Below, one piece after another: positions 1 to 11,236 of a stretch of DNA of 33,527 nucleotides. Position 1 is the first letter of the stretch, and each line of letters starts with the position of its first letter. The stretch spans positions 1-33,527 of the forward strand of contig NGBS01000342.1 of assembly GCA_002245135.1 (NCBI GenBank), written 5' to 3'. Below the pieces are notes generated by a model, which did no database searches, was not told where the DNA came from, and saw nothing but the letters and a program-made list of their open reading frames with translations. The position numbers and the translations under genes were made by a program. The DNA is from Proteromonas lacertae (lineage: Eukaryota).

Positions 1-305
1 TATAATAGAAAAAAGTGAATTCCATCTTGTATTTTTTATTATGCCTACAGAATTCTCAATCTTTTATGATTTACTACAGTTTATAAAAGTTTAGATAATC
101 CAACAAATTAATTTATTGTCTGTTTAACAATATTTTCTTATTCACCACTTTTTTATCCAATTCATCCAATGCTTTGTTGATAGACAGTTGGATTGTATGA
201 AGAAAACATCTTATATTTGGGATATTTATATCTTTGATGGATTTTATAACATTTGCTACATTTTCGCTTGTAATGCAATTAAATCTGATATAGTGTGACT
301 TCATT
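1..305 (-). pseudogene. hAT-superfamily transposase fragment
   Basis: Minus-strand translation gives CITSENVANVIKSIK...IRCFLHTIQLSINKAL (hAT TDN-like and CxxH motifs) and, near positions 1-36, KNTRWNSLFSII (TRWNS motif). The fragment is broken by stops/frameshift and cut at ~305 by the next element. Confidence 0.85.
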
Positions 306-343
306 GATGCAATCGATGAAGCTCCCGTAAGGGTCAACTCTGA

Positions 344-713
344 ATTTAGAAGGGGACTAACTCCTAGAACACTCGTTAGAACTCTGTGACAATATCCCAT
401 AGTCCCATTTACGTAAGGTTCCTACGGGATTCCTCCCAACAGGGTCTACTTCTCAACGGGGTCTGCTTCCCTACGGGGACTCCTGTAAGCTATTTCTATA
501 CCTACCTATACCTATCTATGAGACGATCTCCTACGGGTACTCCTGGAAGCTATCTAGAAGTGTTGGTTACCTCAAGGTGATGATTCTAATCATGCTCTTG
601 ACTCTCCTTGCTACGCTGGTGATCTTGTAAGGGCTTTTAATTGAACCGTGGAAACCAATCGTGGAACCGGGAGTTTACAATTGTTAACTTGTTACCAATT
701 GTTAACTCCTGGA
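344..713 (+). repeat. Left terminal inverted repeat of the RNR element
   Basis: atttagaaggggactaactcctagaacac...gggagtttacaattgttaac is the reverse complement of 7459-7799, apart from scattered substitutions, an extra ~45 bp block near 468-515, and one fewer ~17-nt palindromic unit at the inner end. Confidence 0.95.
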
Positions 714-763
714 CTTTACAATTGTTAAGATCTCCATTGAGTCTTTTCTGATCTGTGAATACT

Positions 764-1508
764 ATGAAGAGAACCAGACCTATCAATGCCTCCGAGGAAT
801 CTTCTAACGATGAGGAAGACACTAAGGTGTTCAGAATTAAGCTTAAGCCGGAGTATAAGAAGTTGAAGGCTGAGATGATTGCTGCTGCCGATGATGATGA
901 TGTTCCTCCTCCTCTCCCTCCTAAACCTCCTAAACCTCCTAAATCTATACTAACAATCACTAACTCCAAGGATGAAGACGATGATGATGTTCCTTTCAAT
1001 GCAGAGATCATGGACCTGGTAAGAGACTTCAAAGCTGACAATACACCGATAAAGCTAGGGTCCGTGATTACTTACCTTGATTATAAACGATGTTGTTTGA
1101 ATGAGTTCCTGGATGCCCTTTACAATTACGTGTCGAAGGAGATCACCTTGAATGAAGACATATCATGACCAGGATGAAGAAGCGCTGTAAGCTTATCAGA
1201 TACAACAATCGCAAGGAAGAAGACTATGGATACATCCCCCTAGGCCATCTCATGGAGCTTTGCAACTGCACCATGTGCATTCAGAACATTGAAGTATCTT
1301 CTTGGCTATGACATCGAACAGCTTACTGCTAGCAAGAAGATGAAGCAGTACATGGACTTCCTCCAAGCCAACTTGAAGGTTAAGTACTTAATTGAATATC
1401 TTCTCAGTAATGAAGAACAAGTTCGATCAGTTCTGTATCATTAGTCCTAAGATGGATGATCTTGACCTTACTGAATCTACGGATGTTGAATCCTCCGGTG
1501 AGGACTAA
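764..1508 (+). pseudogene. Orphan protein with acidic/Pro-rich N-terminus, frameshifted
   Basis: ORF 755-1168 continues in shifted frames (IMTRMKKRCKLIRYNNRKEEDYGYIPLGHLMELCNCTMC; YLLGYDIEQLTASKKMKQYMDFLQANLKVKYL; ISPKMDDL...SSGED*). No family recognised. Confidence 0.55.
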
Positions 1509-1685
1509 CTAGCATTACTTAAAACCTGATAATCTCTTGTTCTATTCTATCTCAGCGTTGTCCTTGAAGTTCCTTTGAAGTGTCTTTTCAATTGTTCATT
1601 GCATTGTTGTCTTGAGGAGATCACTTACGGGGACGCTTAGTGTTATTTAAGCAATCCCCCAAGACAACAAACAATAAAACAAAGA

Positions 1686-2505
1686 CTAATTAATTACTTC
1701 TTTAAGTGGACGTGGAAGGATCGGGAGATCTCTACAGAAGGAAGTAAGGTTGAGGTTCAGCTTCTCTAATTGAATCGCCTTCTTAAGGATTGGAATTGAT
1801 AGATGAAGTCTGGTCATAAACTGATAGAACATTGACGGCAAAGTCATCTTCCCAGGAGTTTGTGCTCGAGCCATCGAAGTAGTAGTTCATGATCCATTGC
1901 AGTGCTTCCACCTTCCACATCTTGTTATTGTAACTCAATTGTCCATATCGTTCCTTTGCCGAGAGGACAAAGAAGTTAAATATTCATCTCTCAGTGATGT
2001 TAAAGACATGATCTTGCGTGGCATTGCTAAGGATCACTATCGGTAGATTTGAAGATAGGCTCATACAATGCATAAGGAGCTGACCGATGGTATAGGTCCA
2101 GTTGTTGCATGATGCTATGATCTTCAACCCCGAGGTTGTTAAGGGAACATCTCTGATCGAAGTCTTCCCATAGTTCTTCATCATATAGGAGGCTGGGAAT
2201 AAGGTATCGTCAAAGTCAAGGATGATGATTGTCTTGAGAATAGCGATGGAGATCCCCTGGTTGTATTAGTAAGGATGAGCAATGCCTAAGAGTTGATCGA
2301 AGGCTGTTTTATAGGAAGATCGATTCTCTTGACTGGTGACTCCTGGTAATCCATTGACGAATTGCGGACTGTTGCTATACTCCATGTGAGTGTGTTCATA
2401 AGGCATTGCTTTGATGGAGGCTATTTGAGGGTGATCATTCTCGGGAGTAGATTCACCGATAAGTAAAGGAGGACGGTAAGGAGCAATCGATCTAGTAATG
2501 ACCAT
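1686..2505 (-). pseudogene. HAD-superfamily phosphatase-like protein (DxDDT type)
   Basis: ORFs 2266-2505 and 1984-2184 share one frame. Reading through TAA 2266-2268 and TGA 1984-1986 gives KTIIILDFDDTLFP, IVILSNA, VLSAKERY...WKVEAL and NVLSV. A lesion near 1810 precedes the C-terminus. Confidence 0.75.
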
Positions 2506-2937
2506 GATTGAAAGGCAAGGAAATTGATCAATGCTGGGAATGTCGATTCATAACTCACTTCGGAATTGTTAACACTTCAGAACTTCTTCCGGCGGGAGTT
2601 ACCAATTTACTTAATCGTTCATTTCCTTGGATCTTACTGAGCAATGGATTTTGACTTTGATCGCTTAGTGCTTCCGTTATGGACTTATAGCTTCCGTGAG
2701 TTCTTCTGTCATGACGAAGTGCTGGTAAGCGTCTTTGGAATCCTCCTTATATTGAACGTCCAGATGTTCCTTGAAGATCACCCAGCTATTGAGCATAGCA
2801 GTTGTTGCAGATTGATCCGAAGTATCTTGTTTACCATCCTTCTAATGATGATGCTGATAGCTCTTTGGGTTGCTATGAACTCTATACCTTAAGTAACTTC
2901 TCCTATCGATAAATACTCTTTAATTAACTCTTACCAG

Positions 2938-4098
2938 ATGTTGTTCTTGGGATGGACTTATCATAGCAGGCATCTCTGTATTCAACTTTTTCTGATCCTC
3001 CTAGAGAGACTTTGCCTTATGAATACTCAACAAGCATTATCTACCCGTACTACCTCTAGCCTTGAATTACAACAGTGTGAGCCTATGGCTACTTCTACTC
3101 ATAAGAAGTCCAAGGTACTTATCATCACTCCCGTAAAGGTAAAGAATTCACGTTCAATTGCTAAGCGTAGTAAGGCTATGAAGTCATCCACCAATTCCAA
3201 TGACTCCAAGAAGCGTAAGCTTAATAAGTACTTAGCACTCAAGGCACCAGTAATATCTCAATCATCGAAGGCATCTCCTACTGTTGCTAGCACTACACTT
3301 AAGAAGAAGCTCCCCAGAGGCAAGACAACTTCCTCGGCACAGTCATCCAAAGATGTCACTATCAAGAACTTAACGAAGACCTTGAAGTCCATCCGCAGCA
3401 AGGACAAGATCATTGACTATGTGGCTATATGCTCTGACTTACGAAAACATCTTCGTTCCTGCTATCAACTACTTCAAGAGACTAAAGCAAAAGCTGATAA
3501 GCTCACTTCCGAGGAAGTACGTCTATCATCAGAGATCATGGACAAGATCTTGGAAGCTATAAAGCACTCTAGCAACCTCCTCAACGATGAAGTCAAGAGT
3601 CAGGACGCTTACATTAATAAGATCCTTGACGATCTTAAACTAGCTTCTGTATCTGATCCATCAGTGACAGCTACATCAGTTCCTGCTTCATTACCAACCC
3701 CAACATCTATTCCCAAAGATGATATTCAAGTAACTACCGATAGCTTTAAGGTAAAGCAAGAGAATCAATCATCCAGTTCTACACCCTCATACACTTACTT
3801 CAATTCACCGATAGTAAGTTCCTTGTCTGGCAATCCAACAACCTCTGGACTAGCAACACCAGCAAGTACTTCCCCATCAATTCCTTTACAAGTTCCCATG
3901 CAGGTTCCTATTCAGGCTCCTTTGAAAACTACAAAGACTGTTAAAGGTAAGAGATCTACAAAATCATCCTTTCCTACTCCTCCAGCATCAATGAACTACT
4001 ACTCTAACTACAATCCTTATGCTGCTTACGTTCCATCATTCAGAGGAGTCTATCAGCAACAGGCCCAACAAATACCGACCTTATCCAGATACTTCTAA
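2938..4098 (+). CDS. Orphan: Lys/Ser-rich N-terminus, central helical/coiled-coil region, Ser/Thr/Pro-rich C-terminus (likely real start at 3019 or 3085)
   Basis: Long uninterrupted ORF; convergent with the RNR gene. Confidence 0.7.
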   Translation: MLFLGWTYHSRHLCIQLFLILLERLCLMNTQQALSTRTTSSLELQQCEPMATSTHKKSKVLIITPVKVKNSRSIAKRSKAMKSSTNSNDSKKRKLNKYLALKAPVISQSSKASPTVASTTLKKKLPRGKTTSSAQSSKDVTIKNLTKTLKSIRSKDKIIDYVAICSDLRKHLRSCYQLLQETKAKADKLTSEEVRLSSEIMDKILEAIKHSSNLLNDEVKSQDAYINKILDDLKLASVSDPSVTATSVPASLPTPTSIPKDDIQVTTDSFKVKQENQSSSSTPSYTYFNSPIVSSLSGNPTTSGLATPASTSPSIPLQVPMQVPIQAPLKTTKTVKGKRSTKSSFPTPPASMNYYSNYNPYAAYVPSFRGVYQQQAQQIPTLSRYF

Positions 4099-4275
4099 GT
4101 TCCTTAATCACTTATTGTTAATAACCTTGAGTTGTTTACGGGCTGCTGCAATCATCGTCTAGGATCTATCGGAGATGCTTATTATCACGTCCCTTATCAT
4201 CTCCTATCCGATGATATCTACTTTGATTATTGTCCATCCCTACATAAAACCTTTAAGATCACTTAGGTAATTTAC

Positions 4276-6389
4276 TTAAAGGCAATGATCACCATCACAA
4301 TAGCTTACTTCAATCGGGAATGGTTGATTGTAGTCTCCATCTAGTTCATTTCCTTGAACTTCCTCGGGACTTAGATCGATCTTATAATCCCTTGAGGAGC
4401 TTCTGATAAAGTCAGGTTCTGATACTTGACGTAGGAGTCGGTAATACTCCTCCTTGGAGATCTCTTCATAAGGCATCTGTGGGTAGGTTGTTTTCATCTG
4501 GTCAGTGGCAACTGAAGGTAAGAATGATACTCCCTTGAGTTGATATTGAAAGTAGTCTAGTGCGTGTTGAATATGGGGCCCTTCTAGTTTCGGATCAAAG
4601 GTAATCGTACAGGACACTTGATTGTCAGCCCAGTACTTCTGAACGAAGGCTAGCAACATCAGCTGCTCGTACATCGGTACCTCCTTGATAGTTCTAACTC
4701 CTTTTACTTCGACTGGGAAGGAGATCACCGAGGTTGTCTCTGGGCAATAGAAGTCATCTTCAATCGGATACTTTGCATGCTTCAAGACTCTAATTAATGG
4801 ACTATTCTTATCTATCCTAATCCTTCTAACGTAGTAGTTGCTCTGTGGGAAGTGAATCCCTGGAGTTGCTCAAGCAAGTAGACTGACTGTACCACTTGGC
4901 TTTACCGATGTTGTCTTGATTGATCGTGGAATGCAGAACCACTCGGAGTAGATCCTATCCCAGTGTTGGATAGTTGAATAGCCTTCTTCCATCCAAGTCT
5001 TGAGAATATCAACTCCGTACTTATCAATGAACTGTGCTATCCCACTGATACTGCATCCGATCCTTCTATTCCTTAACATCACTCTGTTGGTCTCTGGCCA
5101 GTGAGTCATCCCCAGAGTCACAGTCTTGGCATATAGGTAAGCAAACTTTAGTGTCCTTAAGAACTCTCCTAGATTATGTTGACGATAAGGAAACGTCTCT
5201 ACCAGGCAACACATCTCATAAAACTCCAGCGATTGTTCTAGACAAGGATTACCACCGAGAACTCTTCGATCCTTCTTATTCTTTGGATCGCCTAGCCTTC
5301 CATACTCTTGCATGTTCTTCAACCAGCAGATACCAGGCTCTCCATTCTTCCGTATGCGTTCAGTTATATTGCTATAGTCCATTCCTTTGATTGCAAAGAC
5401 ACTGTTGTTGGATGCCCATCCAAAGGAGCTTCTGTCTGGGTTGAGATCATAGTCCTTGAGGTTAAGGAACTCTTCATCGTGATGTTCTCCAAAGGCTATC
5501 TCTGCGGATCTTTGGACATTACCACTGACTATGCATCTACCGATGAGGTTTCCTAAGTCCACGATTGCTCTTGTTGATATGGGCTTACCGATGAGATCAT
5601 CCAGGACTAGTCGGATAGAGTGATGAAGCTCCTTCAGAGGAGTTGCCTCACCAGCAACTCCTCCGAATACTTTAAGTACCTTTCCCTTGTCTCGGATCTT
5701 CTCGTAGTTGAAGTAAACAGCTGGCTGCTTTACGAAGTGAAACATCTTAACCTTGTTACCTTCCACATCCTCAGATTCATACATCTCACGCCTTCCATAG
5801 TAAGACTCCAACAAGAGACTCAAGGAGTTCACCCAGCCTTCTCGGGAGTCAGGAATCTCGTAATACATGGACTGTTGTAAGCGATCGGGTCCTTGAATGA
5901 TAATCTTTTCTTTACCGGTAGTATCAAAACCTACTCCAACTCCCAGCATACTCGCATCCATCAGGAACTTGAAGGGCTTTATGGGATCAATATCGATATC
6001 CTTAGTTGATACGAATGCACAGTTGTTGAGTGCAGCACTTAGCTTCTTCCATGAGGTAGGAACTTCATGTTGAACATTAGATCATACATCTCCTTAGCTG
6101 AGCTTAATCCTTGCTCTTCATTCCATCCTAAGCATTGCTCTTGTATGTAGTCCTTCTGCAGTGTATAAGTGCCTTCAACAACTCTTCTTACCGTCTGATA
6201 CCATTCTTCATAGACTGGAGGATCATCGTTGATTAACCTGGAGTACGTTCTGCGATAGATGAACTCACCGAGACCATTGAATCCAAAGGGGGCCTTTACG
6301 GTCTTATACTTATCGATGAAACTATCGGGGAGATGAAATGATAAGGACGTCTATGCCGTGCAAGACATATTGCTTATTGCTAGACTCAT
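4276..6389 (-). pseudogene. nrdJ: Adenosylcobalamin-dependent (class II, monomeric type) ribonucleotide reductase
   Basis: Motifs APFGFNGLGEFIYRRTYSR, AALNNCAFVST, FLMDASMLGVGVGFDT, PDSREGWV, GNVQRSAEI, GGNPCLEQSLE..EMCCLVE, RNRRIG, TTSVKPSGTVSLLA, WADNQVSCTITF and the C-terminal YCDGDHC. Lesions: TAG near 6352, a frameshifting deletion near 6052 removing the expected PGRGLW segment, and in-frame TGA at 4870-4872. Confidence 0.95.
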
Positions 6390-6807
6390 AAGAAAGTCAA
6401 TGACTAGGAGTTGTCGGTGATGCCAAGATCCCTTGAAGTAAGTTGTACCATAAACATCCGTATTACGTATTAGTAGGTTCCATTCCCATTTTCCCCGGAC
6501 AATTGTTATTAGCTTCTAGTGGCTCCAGATACGTCAAGGTGGGTCTCACTTCATCAGCTCAGTATAATCCAACATAAAAACTCCCATTAATACTTACCCA
6601 ACTGCGAGGTGCTTTCTCTTGACTGCTCCAGCTTACGACTTCACTGACATGGAATAGCACTCGTGTTTATCCTTCCAGGCAAAGCTCTTCTTCTTCTAGA
6701 CATCATCTTCAAATCACTTTGGTTATAAGTTCCTTTGAAGTTCATCCTAGAGCATCTCCGTAGTGTTGATGTTAGTGCGTATAGAACACCCCAACAAAGT
6801 CAATTAA

Positions 6808-7293
6808 TTAGAAGGGAAGATCGTTAAGCAAGTTACATTGAACTCCACGGTCCTTGAATACTACAATTGGCCTTGATACTCCCACGATATGATCTGTTTC
6901 AGATACCTTACAATAATGACCACTTCCATCTTCAAGAGGAACGTAAAGTGTTGGTCTGCGACATCTAAGGTTAGTTATTATCTCCTCCTTTACCTTCATT
7001 GACTTCAAAGGTAGTTCAGGTGCACACTCAGGTATTGGAATCTCGAATGCTTCTGGGGAGTACTCAGGTATTGGAATATCAACTGGGTTGTTGACGATAA
7101 GCTTATCAGAGAAGGTAAGTTTCTTATGGTGTTGATGATTCTTCCTTTGACGATACCTACGGCACTCTTCACAGCTCTTGTAATATCCTCCATCCCGTTT
7201 CAGAAACTCCTTCCTTGGGTGGATCTTGAAGCACCTACAGCATAAGACTCCATTCAAAGGTAACTTATTCTAATATAGATTCACACGTCTCAT
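6808..7293 (-). pseudogene. Cys4 zinc-finger protein (CxxC...CxxC)
   Basis: CCRCFKIHPRKEFLKRDGGYYKSCEECRRYRQRK. The ATG at 7293 is in frame but followed by TAG at 7270-7272. Internal duplicated IPIPE unit. Confidence 0.65.
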
Positions 7294-7458
7294 CCTGTAT
7301 AGTTGTTGATACTTATTGCGTTCTTCACGGCATTGACTACAGATCTTATAGAAGTGCTTGCAGTCTCGTTTAATTTCTCTAGGGCGTCTTCTACGACTAT
7401 AGCAACAAATAAACATGAGGTCTTTAGATTGCGAGGAAATTCGAAATTAATCAAAGCC

Positions 7459-7799
7459 TCCTGGATTTACCAATTGGTAACTTGTTAACAATTGTTAACT
7501 AGTTAACAATTGTAAACTCCCGGTTCCCCAGTTGGTTTCCACGGTTCAATTAAAAGCCCTTACAAGATCACCAGCGTAGCAAGGAGAGTCAAGAGTGTGA
7601 TTAGATTCATCACCTCGAGGTAACCAACACTTCTAGATAGCTTCCAGGAGTACCCGTAGGAGATCGTCTCATAGAAGTAGACTCTGTTGAGAAGTAGACC
7701 CTGTTGGGAAGAATCTCGTAGGAACCTTACGTAAATGGGACCCTGGGACATTGTCACAGAGCTCTCACTAGTGTTCTAGGAGTTAGTCCCCTTCTAGAT
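7459..7799 (-). repeat. Right terminal inverted repeat of the RNR element
   Basis: Reverse complement of 344-713, e.g. acggttcaattaaaagcccttacaagatcaccagcgtagcaaggagagtcaagag versus ctcttgactctccttgctacgctggtgatcttgtaagggcttttaattgaaccgt. Confidence 0.95.
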
Positions 7800-7848
7800 G
7801 CATCAATGAAGCTCCCATAAAGGTCAACTCTGAATCTAGAAGGGGACT
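7785..7848. repeat. Terminal hairpin/palindrome junction: 15-bp perfect stem around a 34-nt loop
   Basis: agtccccttctagat (7785-7799), loop 7800-7833, atctagaaggggact (7834-7848). The stem extends a further ~53 bp via 11672-11724 once the insertion is removed. Confidence 0.9.
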
Positions 7849-8493
7849 TGTTGTGCGCCGTTTGTCATAGTTGGCCGTTTGTCTACCAGACACTTTTAAA
7901 ACAAACTAAATGTATATTATTACTTGTCTTGATGAAAAATTGTTACTTTTATATTAACATTTTGTATATGATAGACATGTCACGATATGACTTAATTAGC
8001 CTATGTAACAAATTTACTTTACATAATCTATTAATACATATTAAGTACATGAATAATATAAAATATTAGCTTACAACTCACTTCTGTTGTTGATATAAAT
8101 AAAAAAATGTAACTAAAAACTTGAATTTTCTTATCACCTTATTTGTACGAAAATCAATATTTTGATATAAACACTTGTTTTATATGCACATGGTTTTCAT
8201 TTAAATCTATAATTTTAGATATAAAGTTAATATCTACAATATAAACAGAAATACAATCTTTAATCGACATGAATATCAAAGCTACAACAAATTAATATAT
8301 TTCATATTTCAATACCTTCTATAAAAATCATTCATTTCAGCGTGTAGCCAATTACAATATATTATTAACACTTAGCTTCTTTTGTATAAATTACAAAGTT
8401 ATAATTTATGTGTTGTTTTTTGTTTTATATAATAGTATCAATGATTATGAAATGATACACATAAGTTACAGAAGAAAATTGAGAAGTGAAAAA

Positions 8494-8551
8494 TGTCTCC
8501 TAGACAAACGGCGTATTTCTAAATCTTCTCACGCCGTTTGTCTAGGAGACA
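8494..8551. repeat. Internal perfect 21-bp inverted repeat related to the element's TIR
   Basis: tgtctcctagacaaacggcgt, 16-nt spacer, acgccgtttgtctaggagaca. Compare TIR gccgtttgtctaccagacactttt. Confidence 0.9.
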
Positions 8552-8757
8552 CTTTTGATTTCTCATATTTCATATATGAGATAATCATAATATATTATTA
8601 ACAAATATAACAAAATTGAAATCAGAAAATAAGTTGAAACAACATTCAACTCAAATCTTTTTCCAAAATTGTTTTTTATGTTATGTGGATGTGTGTACCT
8701 AACAAACACATTGTAATTATATAAAGATACTTTTTAGAATTTTTAAAGAAAATGAAA

Positions 8758-9171
8758 TTATTTAAATCTATAAATGTTTTTTTTGTTGTAAATGTAAAAC
8801 AATTTCGCTTTTTCTTCGTTATTTAAACTTTCTATACCTTCAATTAAATCATCAATGAAGTATTTTATATTAAAACTTTCTATATTTTGAATCTTTGTTA
8901 TTTCCAAATTATTCAATCTGGCTCCAAGAAAGAATAAACAGTAATATCCACAAGTTACAGCATCTGTTTGATGAACTTTTGTATCATCTATTTCATATGA
9001 TTCTAATTCACGATTGCAAAAATGAAAGAGTTGTTTAATATTCTTTATTACTATATTTCTTGGTTCTTTGTTCATATAAATTGCTAAACTGTCATATATT
9101 CTAAACATCATATAGTCATTAGGAACATAATCTACTTCCCATAAACTCCAATGACTTTGATTTGGATCACA
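8758..9171 (-). pseudogene. Ulp1/C48-like (clan CE) cysteine protease, C-terminal fragment
   Basis: The frame extends upstream of the listed ORF: NQSHWSLWEVD...RIYDSL...HQTDAVTCGYYCLFF, giving the His, Asp, Gln, Cys catalytic order. The 5' part is cut at ~9173. Confidence 0.8.
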
Positions 9172-9173
9172 TC

Positions 9174-9852
9174 TGAGTTCGGCAACGGGACGTCCTTTTG
9201 TGTTTTGTCCCGTCCCTTGTCCTTTTCATACACGAAAACTTCTCGTTGATTACACATGTCCTCTTTGTCCCGGGACGTGTAGTTTAACACGTCCTTTTTT
9301 GTCCTATATTTTTGAGTTTAAGTTTCTGTTTTTTTAATAAAAATATTCTGCAAAAGCATTAAATAAGCTTAATATTAAGTATTACATACTATACTCAAGT
9401 CATTTTTGTATATCCTAAATAATATCTTTTGAAAATCCATTTAAGCCATATTTGCTATATCTATGAATAATATTTAACCCACTTATACCACTTAGATAAC
9501 TCTGTATAGTTTAATGAAGAATATCCCCATTAACAAACACTCATCACATAACAGAACTTCACATGATACATGCTTATCATTACACTATTTTCTACTATAT
9601 ATGACATTTTTCGCGAAAGTATTTCAACCGATATATGCTTTACTATATATGAGATATACTTTAGAAATTTAAAGAAAATCTATGACATTATATCAACAAT
9701 ACCAAGTTTAATGTTCAAGCTCTTTTATTGAGAGAATTTTCTCCATCGCAAGAGTAATACATTCATACAGGAGAAACAGATTAAACTTAGAAACTATTAA
9801 TAACATTATGAGATTAAAGTATGAATTAGTTGAGAGAAATAAGAGAGAATAA
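9174..9852 (+). mobile_element. Truncated hAT element nested in the TGT...ACA element
   Basis: GC-rich terminus-like start (ctgagttcggcaacgggacgtcc, with repeated gtccc/gggac motifs) and a hAT dimerisation-domain remnant at ~9666-9852: NLKKIYDIISTIP/CSSSFIERIFSIARVIHSYRRNRLNLETINNIMRLK. No second end found. Confidence 0.7.
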
Positions 9853-10134
9853 GAACAAAATGTAGGAAGTGATGAAGATGAAAATAGAGAAATTACTAAT
9901 GTGGAAGTAATAAGTAAAGAAGATGATGAGCAAAGTGAAGAAGGTAGTCCAGATCATCAATGTTATTATTAATAATCTTACTCATATCACCTAATTTCTC
10001 AGGATTTAATTAAACTTTAATCATTTGAGTTGCCATTGGTCCAATTACACCTTTAACTGGATCAGGGAAATAACTACCAATCTATATACTTCTTTTATCT
10101 TGTTCTGTTTTCAAATTGAGCACTTAAATTGGAT

Positions 10135-10707
10135 TTATTCTTTAATGTTAAAGTTCGATAATAAGGTATATCTTAAATAACAATCTCCATATTTCAATGA
10201 TTCTTCTAATAATTCTACTTCAGCTACTCGACATTCAGCACTTATTGGAATTGTTAATAAAGCTTCACCTACACTTTCAATATCAATTGCTAAACAATAA
10301 TCATATACTTTTATTGTTTGAGATATGAAATTGATTTTGATTTTCTCTTCTCCTTCTGGTAATACTGTTGCTACTGCTTGAATTATTTCGAATTCTTTGT
10401 TTAAGTAATTACCATCTTGAGGAACTCGTAAATTGAATATAAATGGAACAGAGGAAGTATTTCTTAATATCAAATCAGTTGAGTTAAAAAACGCATAACT
10501 TACAATACCAAAATCTAGTTTATTCTTATTAAAGAAGAATGTTGGACCAACTACATGTCCTTTTATTGTTAATACCACATTATTAGTTGCTCCTTTTAAT
10601 GCAAATTCAAAATGATCACTAAATTCACCAAGAGTTGAACTTGTATAAGATACTTCGATTGTTACACTTTCTTCTATATCTACTTCACTTTCTGGCGGAG
10701 TAAATAT
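10135..10707 (-). pseudogene. HYDIN: Captured fragment of Hydin (axonemal central-pair protein, ASH/Ig-like repeats)
   Basis: FTPPESEV...LGEFSDHFEFALKG...LTIKGHVVGPTFFFNKNKLDFGIVSYAF...LRNTSSVPFIFNLRVPQDG...KEFEI...YGDCYLRY resembles the N-terminal repeats of Hydin. Only ~190 codons of a normally very large protein are present. Confidence 0.8.
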
Positions 10708-11035
10708 TAATTTGGTTTAATTGATCCTTCATTGGTAAGTAATACTTCAACCAATATCTAATGATAAATAAGCAGGATCCATTGATATTATTTGAGTACT
10801 TCAACCAATATCTAAATCTTGAGCTTGAGCTTTTATTCTTCTAATTAATACATTTTTTCTCCTAAAGTCTAAATCAACATTCTGCTGTATATTTGATATA
10901 TTATTTTTTCTACTCTATAATTGGGCCTAGTTAATCTTTGACTTCTTAAACCTCGATTTTCTATTAAAATGCGCTTTCAGCTTATCTGTTAATAAATTTA
11001 TCACCAAAATCAATTACATCTACTTTATGTTCATA

Positions 11036-11140
11036 AAATAATGATGCTTCTGTACCTTTCGCTGTACATGATAGTATTATAAAGTTTATAAATAATATAA
11101 AGAAAGTATTTTGATAATAATAATAATAATAATAATAATA

Positions 11141-11171
<31 letters not shown>

Positions 11172-11236
11172 ACATTTTGATTTTCTAAAATAAAAAATAA
11201 AAAAAAACTGTCAAGTTTGACAAGCTTGATTTTTCT
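11036..11236 (-). repeat. Segment with (TA)n/(TAT)n microsatellite, duplicated in inverted orientation at 12962-13087
   Basis: Both copies read agaaaaatcaagcttgt...aagtactatata...tattatcaaaatactttctttatattatttataaactttataatactatcatgtacagcgaaaggtacagaagcatcattatttt. Confidence 0.9.

Noticed and set aside
386..580. ORFs 386-580 and 7560-7757 with similar translations
   Set aside because: They lie within the TIRs and are similar only because of the repeat; non-ATG starts and no coding signal.
637..1041. Antisense or alternate-frame ORFs (637-1041, 5151-5880, 20755-20958, 21169-21372, 24442-24690, 28290-28868, 30056-30724)
   Set aside because: They are shadows of better-supported genes on the other strand or frame.
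306..7848. DIRS-like retroelement or standard cut-and-paste transposon as the identity of the RNR element
   Set aside because: No RT, RNase H, tyrosine recombinase or DDE motifs, no TSD, and the sequence continues palindromically beyond the TIR.
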